From an uncultured Clostridia bacterium (lineage in GTDB: Bacteria > Bacillota > Clostridia > TANB77 > CAG-508), in NCBI GenBank assembly GCA_944393505.1, contig CALYAK010000002.1, forward strand, positions 37,888 to 101,887: a DNA stretch of 64,000 nucleotides, read 5' to 3'. Position 1 is the first letter of the stretch; each line of letters begins with the position of its first letter. Made by a program: the position numbers and the translations under genes. Positions 1 to 9,986 of this stretch are shown piece by piece. Below the pieces are notes generated by a model that was given only the letters and a program-made list of their open reading frames with translations, ran no database searches and was not told the origin of the DNA.

Positions 1-67
1 ATACTTCTTTATGACAAAAAAAACAATCCTCCAACTGTTGAAAGTTTGAAGATTGTTTCTTAATTTT

Positions 68-376
68 TTATTTTTGAAGAAAAGCCTTTAATTCATTTTT
101 ATCCATAAATCCAACTTGACGATTGATTTCTTTTCCATCTTTCATCAGAATAATAGTTGGAATTGCTTCGATCTCAAATTGATAAGCAAGATTTCTCTCC
201 TCATCGATATTGATCTTTCCTACTTTAATGTTCTCTTCTTCTGCAACTTGATCAACAATCGGTGCAATCATAGAGCATGGTCCACACCAAGTTGCCCAAA
301 AATCTAATAACATAATTCCTTGCTGTGCTTGTACTTCTTCTTTGAAATTATTTTGATTAATTGAAATAACAGCCAT
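68..376 (-). CDS. trxA: thioredoxin
   Basis: 102 aa. Canonical WCGPC active site (FWATWCGPCSMIAPIV) and thioredoxin fold length. Confidence 0.85.
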   Translation of the reverse strand: MAVISINQNNFKEEVQAQQGIMLLDFWATWCGPCSMIAPIVDQVAEEENIKVGKINIDEERNLAYQFEIEAIPTIILMKDGKEINRQVGFMDKNELKAFLQK

Positions 377-387
377 CTTTTCCTCCT

Positions 388-570
388 TTATTTCTCTTCT
401 TTTACAAATAGATTACATTTGCAAATTCCTTCTCCTACGAATTCATCACAAGGACAAAGTGTTGTTTCATCTACCTTTACACGACAAGGACAATGCCCAT
501 CTTTCCTACGAATTCCTTCCATGATTTTTTCTACATACTCTTTGTCAGGATTTAAACGGTAACCTTTCAT
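388..570 (-). CDS. ferredoxin-thioredoxin reductase catalytic-subunit-like mini protein (CPC-CPC-CKC)
   Basis: 60 aa with CPC(x9)CPC(x8)CKC, mirroring the FTR catalytic CPC/CPC/CHC cluster arrangement. Lies 12 bp upstream of trxA on the same strand, so likely co-transcribed. Confidence 0.45.
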   Translation of the reverse strand: MKGYRLNPDKEYVEKIMEGIRRKDGHCPCRVKVDETTLCPCDEFVGEGICKCNLFVKEEK

Positions 571-643
571 CTCTTTCCCTCCTTGTCTTATTTTATTTTT
601 CTTAGTCTCGTTTTATGAATTTATTTCGTTTCTTTCATTTTCT

Positions 644-1192
644 CTATACTTTACGAAAATGATATAACCAATAGATACTACCACAAAGTTCTACAATTCC
701 AGTTATTAATAGCATAATTCCGGATAAAACGGTTAAAGTAATCACGGTTCCCCATGGATTAAAGAATATGATTAATCCAAAAATAAGGGTAAGAATTCCA
801 GAAATTAAAACTCCAATCCAACTTTTCTCATCCAAATTTTTTAATTGGAAAGAAAATTGAATTTTTAACATACTTTTAATGACAATCCAAAAGCTAATCA
901 AAAGTGGGAAGACTGCCATTACTCTTTCCTTCCATGCTAAAATGAGAATACCTGCAAGGATTGAAAAAATTCCCTCTAAAATATCATAACTGTATATTTT
1001 CTCTTCTTTTGGTAAAAAGATATAAACAATAATACGCATCAAACCTTCTAAAACAATTCCAAAACCAAAGATCAAAATTACTGTTGTTAAAAATGTAGTT
1101 GGTCTTATAATCAGTAAAATGGAAACAATGATCATTAGAATCGAAATTAAGATCGATGCCTTCTCATGTTTTTTTAAATATTCAATTACCAT
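644..1192 (-). CDS. small polytopic membrane protein (HdeD/DUF308-like)
   Basis: 182 aa, about 6 hydrophobic helices. Size and topology resemble HdeD-family proteins; no catalytic motif. Confidence 0.35.
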   Translation of the reverse strand: MVIEYLKKHEKASILISILMIIVSILLIIRPTTFLTTVILIFGFGIVLEGLMRIIVYIFLPKEEKIYSYDILEGIFSILAGILILAWKERVMAVFPLLISFWIVIKSMLKIQFSFQLKNLDEKSWIGVLISGILTLIFGLIIFFNPWGTVITLTVLSGIMLLITGIVELCGSIYWLYHFRKV

Positions 1193-1295
1193 TTTGTTTC
1201 CTCCTATTCCTTTTATTTTTCCTTTATTTTATCATTTTATTTTCTTCTTGTTACGTTTCTGTGAAAATTTTCTAAATTTTCTGTGTTGTTTTCCT

Positions 1296-1625
1296 TTAAC
1301 AAACAATATCTCCGTTTTCGACTTTTTCCGTCGGATTTAATAGTACAATTCCTTGTTTAGAATCCGTTCCTAAAACCAGAACTTCACTTGTCACATCTGC
1401 TATTCTTCTTGATGGAAAGTTTACAACTCCAATAATTTGCATACCAATTAAATCCTCTGGTTGGTATCGCTCTGTAATCTGTGCAGAAGATGTTTTAATC
1501 CCAATTTCTTTTCCAAAATCAATTTTTAATCGATAGGCCGGTTTTCTTGCTTTTTGATTAATGGTTGCTTCTAGAATTGTACCTACTCGAATATCAATTT
1601 TTTGAAATTCATCAATGGTAGCCAT
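1296..1625 (-). CDS. csaA: tRNA-binding domain protein (CsaA/EMAP-like)
   Basis: 109 aa. N-terminal MATIDEFQKIDIRVGTILEA motif typical of CsaA/MetG C-terminal OB-fold tRNA-binding domain. Confidence 0.65.
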   Translation of the reverse strand: MATIDEFQKIDIRVGTILEATINQKARKPAYRLKIDFGKEIGIKTSSAQITERYQPEDLIGMQIIGVVNFPSRRIADVTSEVLVLGTDSKQGIVLLNPTEKVENGDIVC

Positions 1626-1710
1626 TTTTTCCTCCTTTTTTCTTTTTTAGTTTATCATAACATTCTTCTTTTTAATAGTACTTTTTTTCATTTCTTCCAA
1701 GATTCTTTTC

Positions 1711-2064
1711 TCAATTTTTTACTTGTCTTGTAATCCACTCCATAATAATTCCTACTATATAATCAATTTCTTCTTTTGTTAATTCTCTACATTTCGGAAT
1801 TCCATACCATTTTTCTAAACAACCTCTACAACAAGTTGCTGTTGCATGCTGTGCAAGAAAGACAGGATGTCCTTTCATAGGAGTTTGCTTTCCATCATTC
1901 GGAATTACTGCTGGAGCAAGCCTTTTTTGAATGAAATCATAGGCATGTTCTTGAATTTTTCGATAACCTTTTTCTTTTGCATAGTCTTTTTCTACTCTCC
2001 TTAGAAAAAAACGACTTCGAAATTTTGATTTTGCTAGTTTCGAAAAAATTTCTTTATATTCCAT
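1711..2064 (-). CDS. hypothetical protein (DUF4186-like, CCRGC motif)
   Basis: 117 aa. Conserved-looking ATCCRGCLEKW segment; no assignable function. Confidence 0.35.
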   Translation of the reverse strand: MEYKEIFSKLAKSKFRSRFFLRRVEKDYAKEKGYRKIQEHAYDFIQKRLAPAVIPNDGKQTPMKGHPVFLAQHATATCCRGCLEKWYGIPKCRELTKEEIDYIVGIIMEWITRQVKN

Positions 2065-2086
2065 CTAATCGCATCTTCCTTCTTTT

Positions 2087-2671
2087 CTATCGATTTTTAT
2101 TGCGAATAAAACTTTCTTTCCATTCTTCTGCTAAAATATCCATTTGAATCATATCATAATACTTGCCATTTAAAAATTCTGCTTTTCTTCTTCTTCCATA
2201 TTCTTTGAAACCACATTTTTGATAACAACGATAGGCTCTTTGATTAAACTCAATACAGCTTAAATCAATATTGTTTAAATTTAAATAAGAAAATCCAAAG
2301 TCCAAAATTAAGCGGATGGCTTCTGTTCCATATCCCTTGTTTCGACTCTCATGGTCTCCGATAAAAATTCCTAGCGTTGCCCTTCTTTTAATATGATCAA
2401 TCTTATTTAAACTAACAATTCCGATTAATTGATCATGTTCCAATGTTACAATTCCAAAAGTTGCTTCTTCTTTTTGCAATTTTGCTAAGAATTCCGCTTC
2501 TTCTCCCAAAGATGTTACACGCATACTTCTTCCAATATAGTCAGAAGTTTCAAAATCATTTAACCATTCGGTAAAAATCCCCACGTCATCTGTATGAATT
2601 GGAGATAAGTAGATATGGTCTCCTACTAATTTCTTAAAATATTTTTTCATCTTTCCTCCTCCTTCTTTCAA
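2087..2671 (-). CDS. GNAT family N-acetyltransferase (RimL-like)
   Basis: 194 aa. Acetyl-CoA binding region RRATLGIFIGDHESRNKGYGTEA (Q/RxxGxG/A-like). Confidence 0.7.
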   Translation of the reverse strand: MKEGGGKMKKYFKKLVGDHIYLSPIHTDDVGIFTEWLNDFETSDYIGRSMRVTSLGEEAEFLAKLQKEEATFGIVTLEHDQLIGIVSLNKIDHIKRRATLGIFIGDHESRNKGYGTEAIRLILDFGFSYLNLNNIDLSCIEFNQRAYRCYQKCGFKEYGRRRKAEFLNGKYYDMIQMDILAEEWKESFIRNKNR

Positions 2672-2834
2672 AAAAAGACCTCACAAAGAAATCTCTTCTT
2701 AAGACTCCTCTTGTAAGGTCTATTTCTTACTTAACAAGTGTAAATGACATCCCATCATCCTATACCGCTTATAATTTTTCAATTACTAGGTATACTCTTA
2801 ATTGAGCTTATCTTACCATATTTCTACTTTGTTG

Positions 2835-4335
2835 TCAATTCTCCTTTTTTTCAAGGAAAATGTATCCTGAAAGCTCATATGGTTTGTTTTTAAAATAAGT
2901 ACTACTACTTAATCGTTTGATCTGATATCCCTTTTCTTCTAGTTTTCCAATAATTTCTTTTCGATTTGAATAGTATACCTCTGAAAACACATAAATATCG
3001 GCATCTGCTGCATATATTTCAGAATCTTTTTCTTTTCTTCCTGAATTTGAGCCCCAATGATAAAAACTCTTTTCTGGATCTGGATAATTTGCAAAAATAT
3101 TAGTTTCAAAATATGGCAAGATCGCAGTTACTGAATAATCCACTCCGTAAATAACTTTATTTTCTTCTACTTTTTCTTGTAAATATATCGCCATATTTTG
3201 ACCTTGAGAATAAATATTTTTTATATCTCCAATTAGTGACTGGCAATTCCATATAACTTGTATCGACAAAATAGCAATTATGCTCAACTGTAAAAATCGT
3301 TTCTCAAATTTTTGTACTTTTTCTGGATCTCTATCTTGATAAAGAATGTACCAGATAAAAAAGATCAGTTCGGTTAAGATTCCAATATGCCACTGGTTAC
3401 AATAGAAGAACGTTAAAAATAGGAAAACTGGAAAAAAAACAATTATAATTTTTCGATCCTTTCTTGCTCGAATTAGTAATATTCCAGTTATACTGATCAT
3501 CCATATGGTGGAAAAAAGATTTAGGATTTGATTACTTTCACTTGAACTTACCAAGGATTCTCCTACCACTTGAATTGCTTTTTCAAGTTTGGTAACTTTA
3601 TTATTCGTAAAAAATGTCGGAATTCCCTCTTTCGGAATTAGTGTTACAATTATCAAACAATAAAAAATTGCTAGGATGAATAGCATCACACAAACCTTTT
3701 TTTCTTTGAAAAGACTTTTCAAACTCTTTTCATCCTTCCATCTGCTAGTCACGTACTCTCCTAGATACAACAAAAATAAAAATCCAGATAGCAAACTCAT
3801 ATGTAAACTAATTCCTGCTAGAAATAATAATCCTAATCCATAGGCAATTGGTTTTTCCCTTCTTTTGGGATAGAGCATAGCCAAATAACAAAGTGCTGGA
3901 AAGATTAAGCAATAACTTCTTGCAACAATTGTATATTGATAAAATAAATAGTAAGTAAATGGTAGTAATATTTTTATGTACCATGGTAATTTCAACTTAA
4001 ATTCTAAAATACAAACACCAATCGTACTTGCAATCAATGGAATCACACCAAACCACGAATAAGTAAGACCGCAAAGAAATAGCTAATTTCAAAATGAGAT
4101 GCCATAAAACAGGAGTTCCTTCATAACTCGCATAAAAAAAGATAAGTTCTGATAAACTTGTATCTCTTGCTAATAACCACGCCTGTGCTTCATCTCCCCA
4201 TTTTTCATGATTCATGATTCCAATGAATGAAAGAAAAATAAATTCAAGGATTATTAGAATTCTGATAAGAATCCAAATAAACTCTTTTGTTTCAATCTCT
4301 TTTAGTTTCTTCATTTGTAACATTTTTTGCCTCAT
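2835..4335 (-). pseudogene. polytopic membrane protein, possibly GT-C-type glycosyltransferase, split into two ORFs by a frameshift
   Basis: ORFs 3997..4335 (112 aa) and 2835..4046 (403 aa) are collinear and overlap by about 50 nt in different frames. The N-terminal piece has TM1 followed by a WGDEAQAWLLARD loop, reminiscent of the DE motif loop of ArnT/PMT-type GT-C enzymes. More than 10 TM helices overall. Confidence 0.35.
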
Positions 4336-4432
4336 TTTTTGATTAATTGTCCTTCCCTTTTTTTTCTTTTTTCGCTATAATAGTACCATAAAAAACAAAA
4401 TTTAATCAATAGATAAAAAGGGGATTTTCTTT

Positions 4433-5803
4433 ATGAACTTAAAAAACTGTAAAACTCTTCTTCGCTATTTCGGTATTTTTTCAGCCTGTATTGCTAGTTA
4501 TCTCATTTTGCTCGTTGTTACCAACTTAATTCCTACATCTTGGATTTATGAAAATTTACAAAAGTCTTCTGAAACACTGATCACAGAAAATGAAAAACAA
4601 TATATTCATTTACCCTATAAAGATGAAATGTTATTCTATTACTCCGATGCTTTAATCTTAAATTTAATCACTTCGGTTGACTCTTCCCATCCATTTGAAT
4701 CCGCTCTTCTTTCTCGAAAGAGTTATGTGCCAGAATATAATCAAATTCAAAACACAACCATAAACGTTTCGATACCAGCAGACTCTCAATATTTGGAGCC
4801 AGATCAAAATTGTTTGATCCGTGAATTTTATGGTATGACCCACGGAGATGTTCTTACTACTTCTTGGGAATATAATCGTTATTGGCATGGTCATCAAGTG
4901 CTTCTACGACCATTGTTATTACTTTTTGATTTAGAAGGAATTCGTATTCTCTTTTTTGTTTGCATGCTTCTTTTGCTTTTGCTTTTTTTCTTTTTTACGA
5001 CAAAAAAATTGGGAGTCCTTACCGCGATCGCCTTTACCATTGGATTTCTTAGTGCATCTGTCCTTACCTTAACGCGTTCCCTCAATGAAGCCCTTCTTTT
5101 CTTATTTACCTTGGGAAGTATGATCTTTTTATTGTGTCGTTACCGAAAAGAAAAAAACTTTGGACCATTCTTTTTTGTGATTGGATCGATCATCAACTAC
5201 TTTGATTTATTAACTTCACCAATGCTTGGCTGTATCCTTCTATTAACCTTACTTTTAGTTTGTAAATTAAGAATCGATCATGCTAATTGGAAAGAACTTT
5301 TAAAAACCTTTTTCCTTTATGGATTTTTATGGGTAATGGGTTACGCTTTCACCTGGCTTGTAAAATGGATCTTAGTAGATGTATTTTTTGATCGTGGTCT
5401 TCTTTTACAAGCTTTTGAACAAATTCATATTCGTAGTACTGATATTACTCTTTCACCAGCTAAAACCTTTGAACGTGTTTATTTGTTTTTATCACCAAAC
5501 GTAATTTATTTTGTTGCTACTTTTGCTGTGATTTTAGGAGTTGTTCAATGGTTTCGTAATCGAAAAAAGAAACGAAATTATGCTGAACTTTTTAAACTAA
5601 GTATTCCTTTTTGGATTAGTGCAACTTTTCCATTTTTATGGTGTTTACTTATTCGCAATCATGCTTTTTTGCATCCATTCTTTACCTACCGTTTATTTAG
5701 CATTACCATTGTCGATATCTTATTACTTATTTTACTTTTCACTAGTTATGATTCTACGGAAGAGAAAACAAAACAGTTACCAGAAAAGGAGTTAGGTTCT
5801 TAA
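4433..5803 (+). CDS. large integral membrane protein of unknown function
   Basis: 456 aa with 12 or more hydrophobic segments. Divergently oriented to the GT-C-like gene; no recognisable catalytic motif. Confidence 0.5.
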   Translation: MNLKNCKTLLRYFGIFSACIASYLILLVVTNLIPTSWIYENLQKSSETLITENEKQYIHLPYKDEMLFYYSDALILNLITSVDSSHPFESALLSRKSYVPEYNQIQNTTINVSIPADSQYLEPDQNCLIREFYGMTHGDVLTTSWEYNRYWHGHQVLLRPLLLLFDLEGIRILFFVCMLLLLLLFFFFTTKKLGVLTAIAFTIGFLSASVLTLTRSLNEALLFLFTLGSMIFLLCRYRKEKNFGPFFFVIGSIINYFDLLTSPMLGCILLLTLLLVCKLRIDHANWKELLKTFFLYGFLWVMGYAFTWLVKWILVDVFFDRGLLLQAFEQIHIRSTDITLSPAKTFERVYLFLSPNVIYFVATFAVILGVVQWFRNRKKKRNYAELFKLSIPFWISATFPFLWCLLIRNHAFLHPFFTYRLFSITIVDILLLILLFTSYDSTEEKTKQLPEKELGS

Positions 5804-5821
5804 ATCTAACTCCTTTTCTTT

Positions 5822-7561
5822 TTAAATTTGATATTTTTCCTTTGCGGAATAATGCGTATGTAGTAAATGATGAGCTTTTTCGCCTCCTGGCTCTCCTAAA
5901 TATTCTTGATAAATTCTTTTTAATACTGGATTCTCATGAGATTTTCGGATAACACTTTTCTCATCGATGGTATACATTGATTCAGTTCTTTTTGCTCTTA
6001 CATCAATGGTTGATTGAATTTTAGCGGTTTTAATTGGTTGTCCGCCTCCCATAACACATCCGCCAGGACAAGCCATGATTTCAACAAATTGATAATCACT
6101 CTTACCTTCCTGAATTTGATTCATAATGGTTTGTGCATTTCCCAATCCATGAGCCACTGCTACTTTTAAGTTCTGATCTCCAATTTGAATTGTTGCTTCT
6201 TTAATTCCATTTTTTCCACGTACTTCTTCAAATTCGATCTTTTCTAATTCCTTCCCAGTAACAAGTTCAGACACACTTCTTAAAGCTGCTTCCATAACAC
6301 CACCCGTTACTCCAAAAATTGCTCCAGCTCCAGAAGCTTCTCCCATTGGATCATCAAACCCTTCTTCTTCTAATTCAACAAACTCAATGTTTGCTTGTTT
6401 GATCATACGAGCTAATTCTCTTGTCGTAATAACAGCATCAACATCATCGATTCCATTTTCTTTCATTTCTTCTCTTTGTCTTTCATATTTTTTCGCAATA
6501 CATGGCATAACCGATACAACAAAAATATCTTTTGGATCAATTTTATTTTTTTCTGCATAATAGGTTTTTAAAAGAGCTCCAAACATCTGATGTGGTGATT
6601 TACAAGTAGATAAATGTGGTAATAAGTCTGGATAATTTCCTTCAATATATCTCACCCAGCCTGGGCAACAAGAAGTAATCATTGGCAAATGATCTTGCTC
6701 TTGTAATCGATGAATCAATTCCGTTCCTTCTTCCATGATGGTAAAGTCTGCTCCTGTATTGGTATCAAATACACGATTAAATCCCAAACGTTTTAAAGCA
6801 TTTACCATTTTTCCAGCTACATTTGTTCCGATTGGTAAGCCAAATTCTTCTCCCAACGCTACTCGAACCGCAGGTGCTGTTTGTACAATTACATAAGTAT
6901 CTTCATCTTGTAGTTTTTCCCAAACAATATCACTCGATTCTTTTTCTTTTAAAGCTCCCACTGGGCAAGCTTCAATACATTGTCCACAATAGGTACAATT
7001 GACATCTTTTAAGCTATGTTCTCCTACCGTTCCAATCTTGGATGAAAATCCTCTTTGTAAGGTATCAATCGCTCCAATTTTTTGTACATTTTTGCAAGCT
7101 CCGATACATCTTCTGCATAAAATGCATTTACTCGAATCTCTAACAATCGCTGGAGATAAATCGTCAATTTTTTCTGGACTTCTTTCTCCTTGATAAGAAA
7201 TTTCTGTTACATTATATTTGTGAGCTAGGTTTTGAAGTTCACAATTTCCATTTCGAGTACAAGTTAAACATTCACGATTATGGTTGGACAAAATGAGATC
7301 TAAGATCATCTTTCTACCTTCGATAACATCTGGTGAATTCGTATGGATCACCATTCCATCCTCTACTTTAGTAATACAAGAAGTTGCAAATCCTCTTCTT
7401 CCATCTACTTTTGTAATACAGATTCGGCAATCTCCAATTTCATTAATATCCTTTAAAAAACATAAAGTCGGAATATCAATTCCTGCCATTCTAGCAGCTT
7501 CTAATATCGTCGTTCCTTCTGGAACTTCAATTTCCTTTTGATCAATTTTTACATGAACCAT
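5822..7561 (-). CDS. hydA: [FeFe]-hydrogenase catalytic subunit (HydA/HndD-type)
   Basis: N-terminal 2Fe-2S ferredoxin-like domain, multiple 4Fe-4S CxxCxxCxxxCP motifs, H-cluster signatures TSCCPGW, MPCIAKK and EIMACPGGCVMGGGQP. Probable start is MVHVKIDQ with AGGAGAG RBS at 7561; the ORF track extends to 7621. Confidence 0.9.
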   Translation of the reverse strand: MVHVKIDQKEIEVPEGTTILEAARMAGIDIPTLCFLKDINEIGDCRICITKVDGRRGFATSCITKVEDGMVIHTNSPDVIEGRKMILDLILSNHNRECLTCTRNGNCELQNLAHKYNVTEISYQGERSPEKIDDLSPAIVRDSSKCILCRRCIGACKNVQKIGAIDTLQRGFSSKIGTVGEHSLKDVNCTYCGQCIEACPVGALKEKESSDIVWEKLQDEDTYVIVQTAPAVRVALGEEFGLPIGTNVAGKMVNALKRLGFNRVFDTNTGADFTIMEEGTELIHRLQEQDHLPMITSCCPGWVRYIEGNYPDLLPHLSTCKSPHQMFGALLKTYYAEKNKIDPKDIFVVSVMPCIAKKYERQREEMKENGIDDVDAVITTRELARMIKQANIEFVELEEEGFDDPMGEASGAGAIFGVTGGVMEAALRSVSELVTGKELEKIEFEEVRGKNGIKEATIQIGDQNLKVAVAHGLGNAQTIMNQIQEGKSDYQFVEIMACPGGCVMGGGQPIKTAKIQSTIDVRAKRTESMYTIDEKSVIRKSHENPVLKRIYQEYLGEPGGEKAHHLLHTHYSAKEKYQI

Positions 7562-7563
7562 TG

Positions 7564-9432
7564 CTACTCTCCTTTCGTTACAATTGCATGGAATGGACAT
7601 TTCGCAATGCAAGTACCACATTTAATACATTTTTCTTTTTCAATATGGTGAGGTGTTCCTGGCTCTCCATGAATCGCTCCAACAGGACAATTTTTCTTAC
7701 ATAATCCACATCCTCTGCACTCTTCTGGATTAATGCGAATACTTGTTAATGCTTTACATTCTCCTGCTGTACATTGTTTGTATTTGATATGAGCTAAATA
7801 CTCATCACGGAAATATTTTAGCGTCGATAAAACCGGATTTGGAGCGGTTTGTCCTAGTCCACAAATTGCTGTTTTTTCAATATTAATTGCTAATGCTTCT
7901 AACTTATCTAAATCGACCAAACTTGCATTTCCTTCGCAAATTTTCTCTAAAATTTCGAGCATTCTTTTGGTTCCAATACGGCATGGTGTACATTTGCCAC
8001 ATGATTCGTCAACCGTAAATTCTAGATAAAATTTTGCTAGGTTTACCATACATTTGGTATCATCCATGACAATCAATCCACCAGATCCCATCATGGATCC
8101 AATCTCTTTTAAAGATTCATAATCGATTGGTGTATCTAAATGCTCTCTTGGAATACAACCGCCAGAAGGTCCGCCAGTTTGTGCTGCTTTAAATTGTCTT
8201 CCATTTGGAATCCCTCCCCCAATATCGTAAACGATTTCTCGAAGCGTAGTTCCCATTGGCACTTCTACTAACCCAATATTTTGTACATTTCCTCCCAAAG
8301 CAAATACTTTGGTTCCCTTTGAATTTTCTGTACCAATTGATGAAAACCATTTTGCTCCTTTTAAAATGATTTGGCAAACATTAGCATAAGTTTCTACGTT
8401 ATTAATTAAAGTTGGTTTTTCCCATAATCCTTTTTGTGCTGGGAATGGTGGTTTTACTCTTGGTTGTCCTCTTCTTCCTTCAATGGATTCTAGAAGAGCA
8501 GTTTCTTCTCCACAAACAAATGCTCCCGCACCTAAACGAATTTCAATATCAAAGGAATAGTCCGTCCCTAAAAGATGTTCTCCCAACAATCCATATTCTC
8601 GAGCTTGTTCAATTGCAATTTTTAATCTCTGAACAGCAATTGGATATTCTGCACGAACATAGATATATCCTTTTGTCGCTCCTATTGCATAACCAGCAAT
8701 TGTCATTGCCTCTAACACCGTATGCGGATCTCCTTCTAGAATACTACGATCCATAAAAGCTCCCGGATCTCCTTCGTCAGCATTACAAACTACATATTTT
8801 TGATCTGCTTCTTCTTGTTTGGTTAAAGCCCACTTTTTTCCGGTTGGAAACCCAGCTCCACCTCTTCCGCGTAATCCAGATTCTGTTATTTCTTGAATGA
8901 CTTCTTCTGGCGACATACTCGTTAATACTTTCTCCAAGGCACGATATCCATCAAAAGCAAGATATTCATCAATATTTTCTGGGTTGATCGTTCCACAATT
9001 TTTTAAAACGATACGCTCTTGTTTTTTATAGAAAGTAAGATCATCTAAAGTTTTTACTTTTGATCCGTCAATGTCTTTACACAAAAGTCTTTCAACAATT
9101 TCACCTTTTTCAATATGGCTTTCAATAATCTCAAGACAATCTTCTGGTTTTACCATTGCATAGAAAACATCTTCTGGACGGATAATTACAATTGGTCCTT
9201 TGGCACAAAGGCCAAAGCAACCTGTCATAATCACTTTAACATGTTCGATATTTTTTTCTTTCAATATCTTTTGAAATTGACTTAAAATTTCTGGTGATTT
9301 TGAGGAAGTACATCCCGTACCATGGCAAATTAAAATATGCTTTTCTCTTGTGTCCTCCTTTGTATTTTTTCGAAGAGCAATTTTCTGATAGGTCTTTTTT
9401 CGAATTTCTTCGATTTCTTGTATCGTTTTCAT
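7564..9432 (-). CDS. hydB: NADH-binding hydrogenase subunit (NuoF-like, HydB/HndC-type)
   Basis: 622 aa. N-terminal thioredoxin-like 2Fe-2S domain (CHGTGC), NuoF core with FMN/NADH glycine-rich segments (GRGGAGFPTGKKW), 4Fe-4S CGKCTPCR, and two C-terminal ferredoxin-type 4Fe-4S motifs. Confidence 0.9.
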   Translation of the reverse strand: MKTIQEIEEIRKKTYQKIALRKNTKEDTREKHILICHGTGCTSSKSPEILSQFQKILKEKNIEHVKVIMTGCFGLCAKGPIVIIRPEDVFYAMVKPEDCLEIIESHIEKGEIVERLLCKDIDGSKVKTLDDLTFYKKQERIVLKNCGTINPENIDEYLAFDGYRALEKVLTSMSPEEVIQEITESGLRGRGGAGFPTGKKWALTKQEEADQKYVVCNADEGDPGAFMDRSILEGDPHTVLEAMTIAGYAIGATKGYIYVRAEYPIAVQRLKIAIEQAREYGLLGEHLLGTDYSFDIEIRLGAGAFVCGEETALLESIEGRRGQPRVKPPFPAQKGLWEKPTLINNVETYANVCQIILKGAKWFSSIGTENSKGTKVFALGGNVQNIGLVEVPMGTTLREIVYDIGGGIPNGRQFKAAQTGGPSGGCIPREHLDTPIDYESLKEIGSMMGSGGLIVMDDTKCMVNLAKFYLEFTVDESCGKCTPCRIGTKRMLEILEKICEGNASLVDLDKLEALAINIEKTAICGLGQTAPNPVLSTLKYFRDEYLAHIKYKQCTAGECKALTSIRINPEECRGCGLCKKNCPVGAIHGEPGTPHHIEKEKCIKCGTCIAKCPFHAIVTKGE

Positions 9433-9433
9433 C

Positions 9434-9928
9434 CTATTTACCTCCCTCTTCCTCGTTTTCTAAAGCATCTAGTACTTCATCCAATTTTTTTACGGTTGCA
9501 TGGCCATAAACTTCTTTATTGACGGTAAAAACTGGTGCAATTCCGCAAGCTCCTACACATCTTGTTGTATCTAAAGAGAATTTTCCATCTGGACTTGTTT
9601 TTCCTTCTTCTAACTGCAAACGTTCTTTTAAACGATCTAAGATTTTTTGAGAGCCTTTTACAAAACATGCCGTACCCAAACAAACAGAAATATGATATTT
9701 TCCTTTTGGTTCTAAGGTAAATCTAGAATAAAAAGTAATAACTCCAAAAATTTCTGCCATTGGAATTTTTAAATATTCCGATATAGCAAACTGAGCAGTC
9801 TTTGGTATGTATCCATATTTTTCTTGAACTTCGTTTAGAATTTGAATTAGGTTATCCTTGGTTGGTACATATTGTTCTAAAATGGTTTCGACTTCTTCAC
9901 GAATTCTTTTTTCTACACAATCGCACAT
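9434..9928 (-). CDS. hydC: NuoE-like 2Fe-2S hydrogenase subunit (HydC/HndA-type)
   Basis: Thioredoxin-like 2Fe-2S ligands (CLGTAC ... CVGACGIAPV). Start taken at MCDCVEKR with strong AAAGGAG RBS 7 nt upstream; the ORF track's longer 190-aa version to 10006 is probably a 5' over-extension. Confidence 0.85.
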   Translation of the reverse strand: MCDCVEKRIREEVETILEQYVPTKDNLIQILNEVQEKYGYIPKTAQFAISEYLKIPMAEIFGVITFYSRFTLEPKGKYHISVCLGTACFVKGSQKILDRLKERLQLEEGKTSPDGKFSLDTTRCVGACGIAPVFTVNKEVYGHATVKKLDEVLDALENEEEGGK

Positions 9929-9986
9929 AATATCTCCTTTTTCTCTTTTTTTCTTCATTATATTATTGAAAAAAAATTTATACAAC

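Noticed and set aside
4664-5085. Antisense ORFs (77 and 63 aa) inside the 456-aa membrane protein gene, plus many similar 60-180-aa + strand ORFs inside minus-strand genes (e.g. 8412..8756, 31122..31595, 49515..50051, 51035..51460)
   Set aside because: They are embedded in well-supported longer genes on the other strand, with low-complexity F/L/I-rich translations typical of AT-rich antisense frames.
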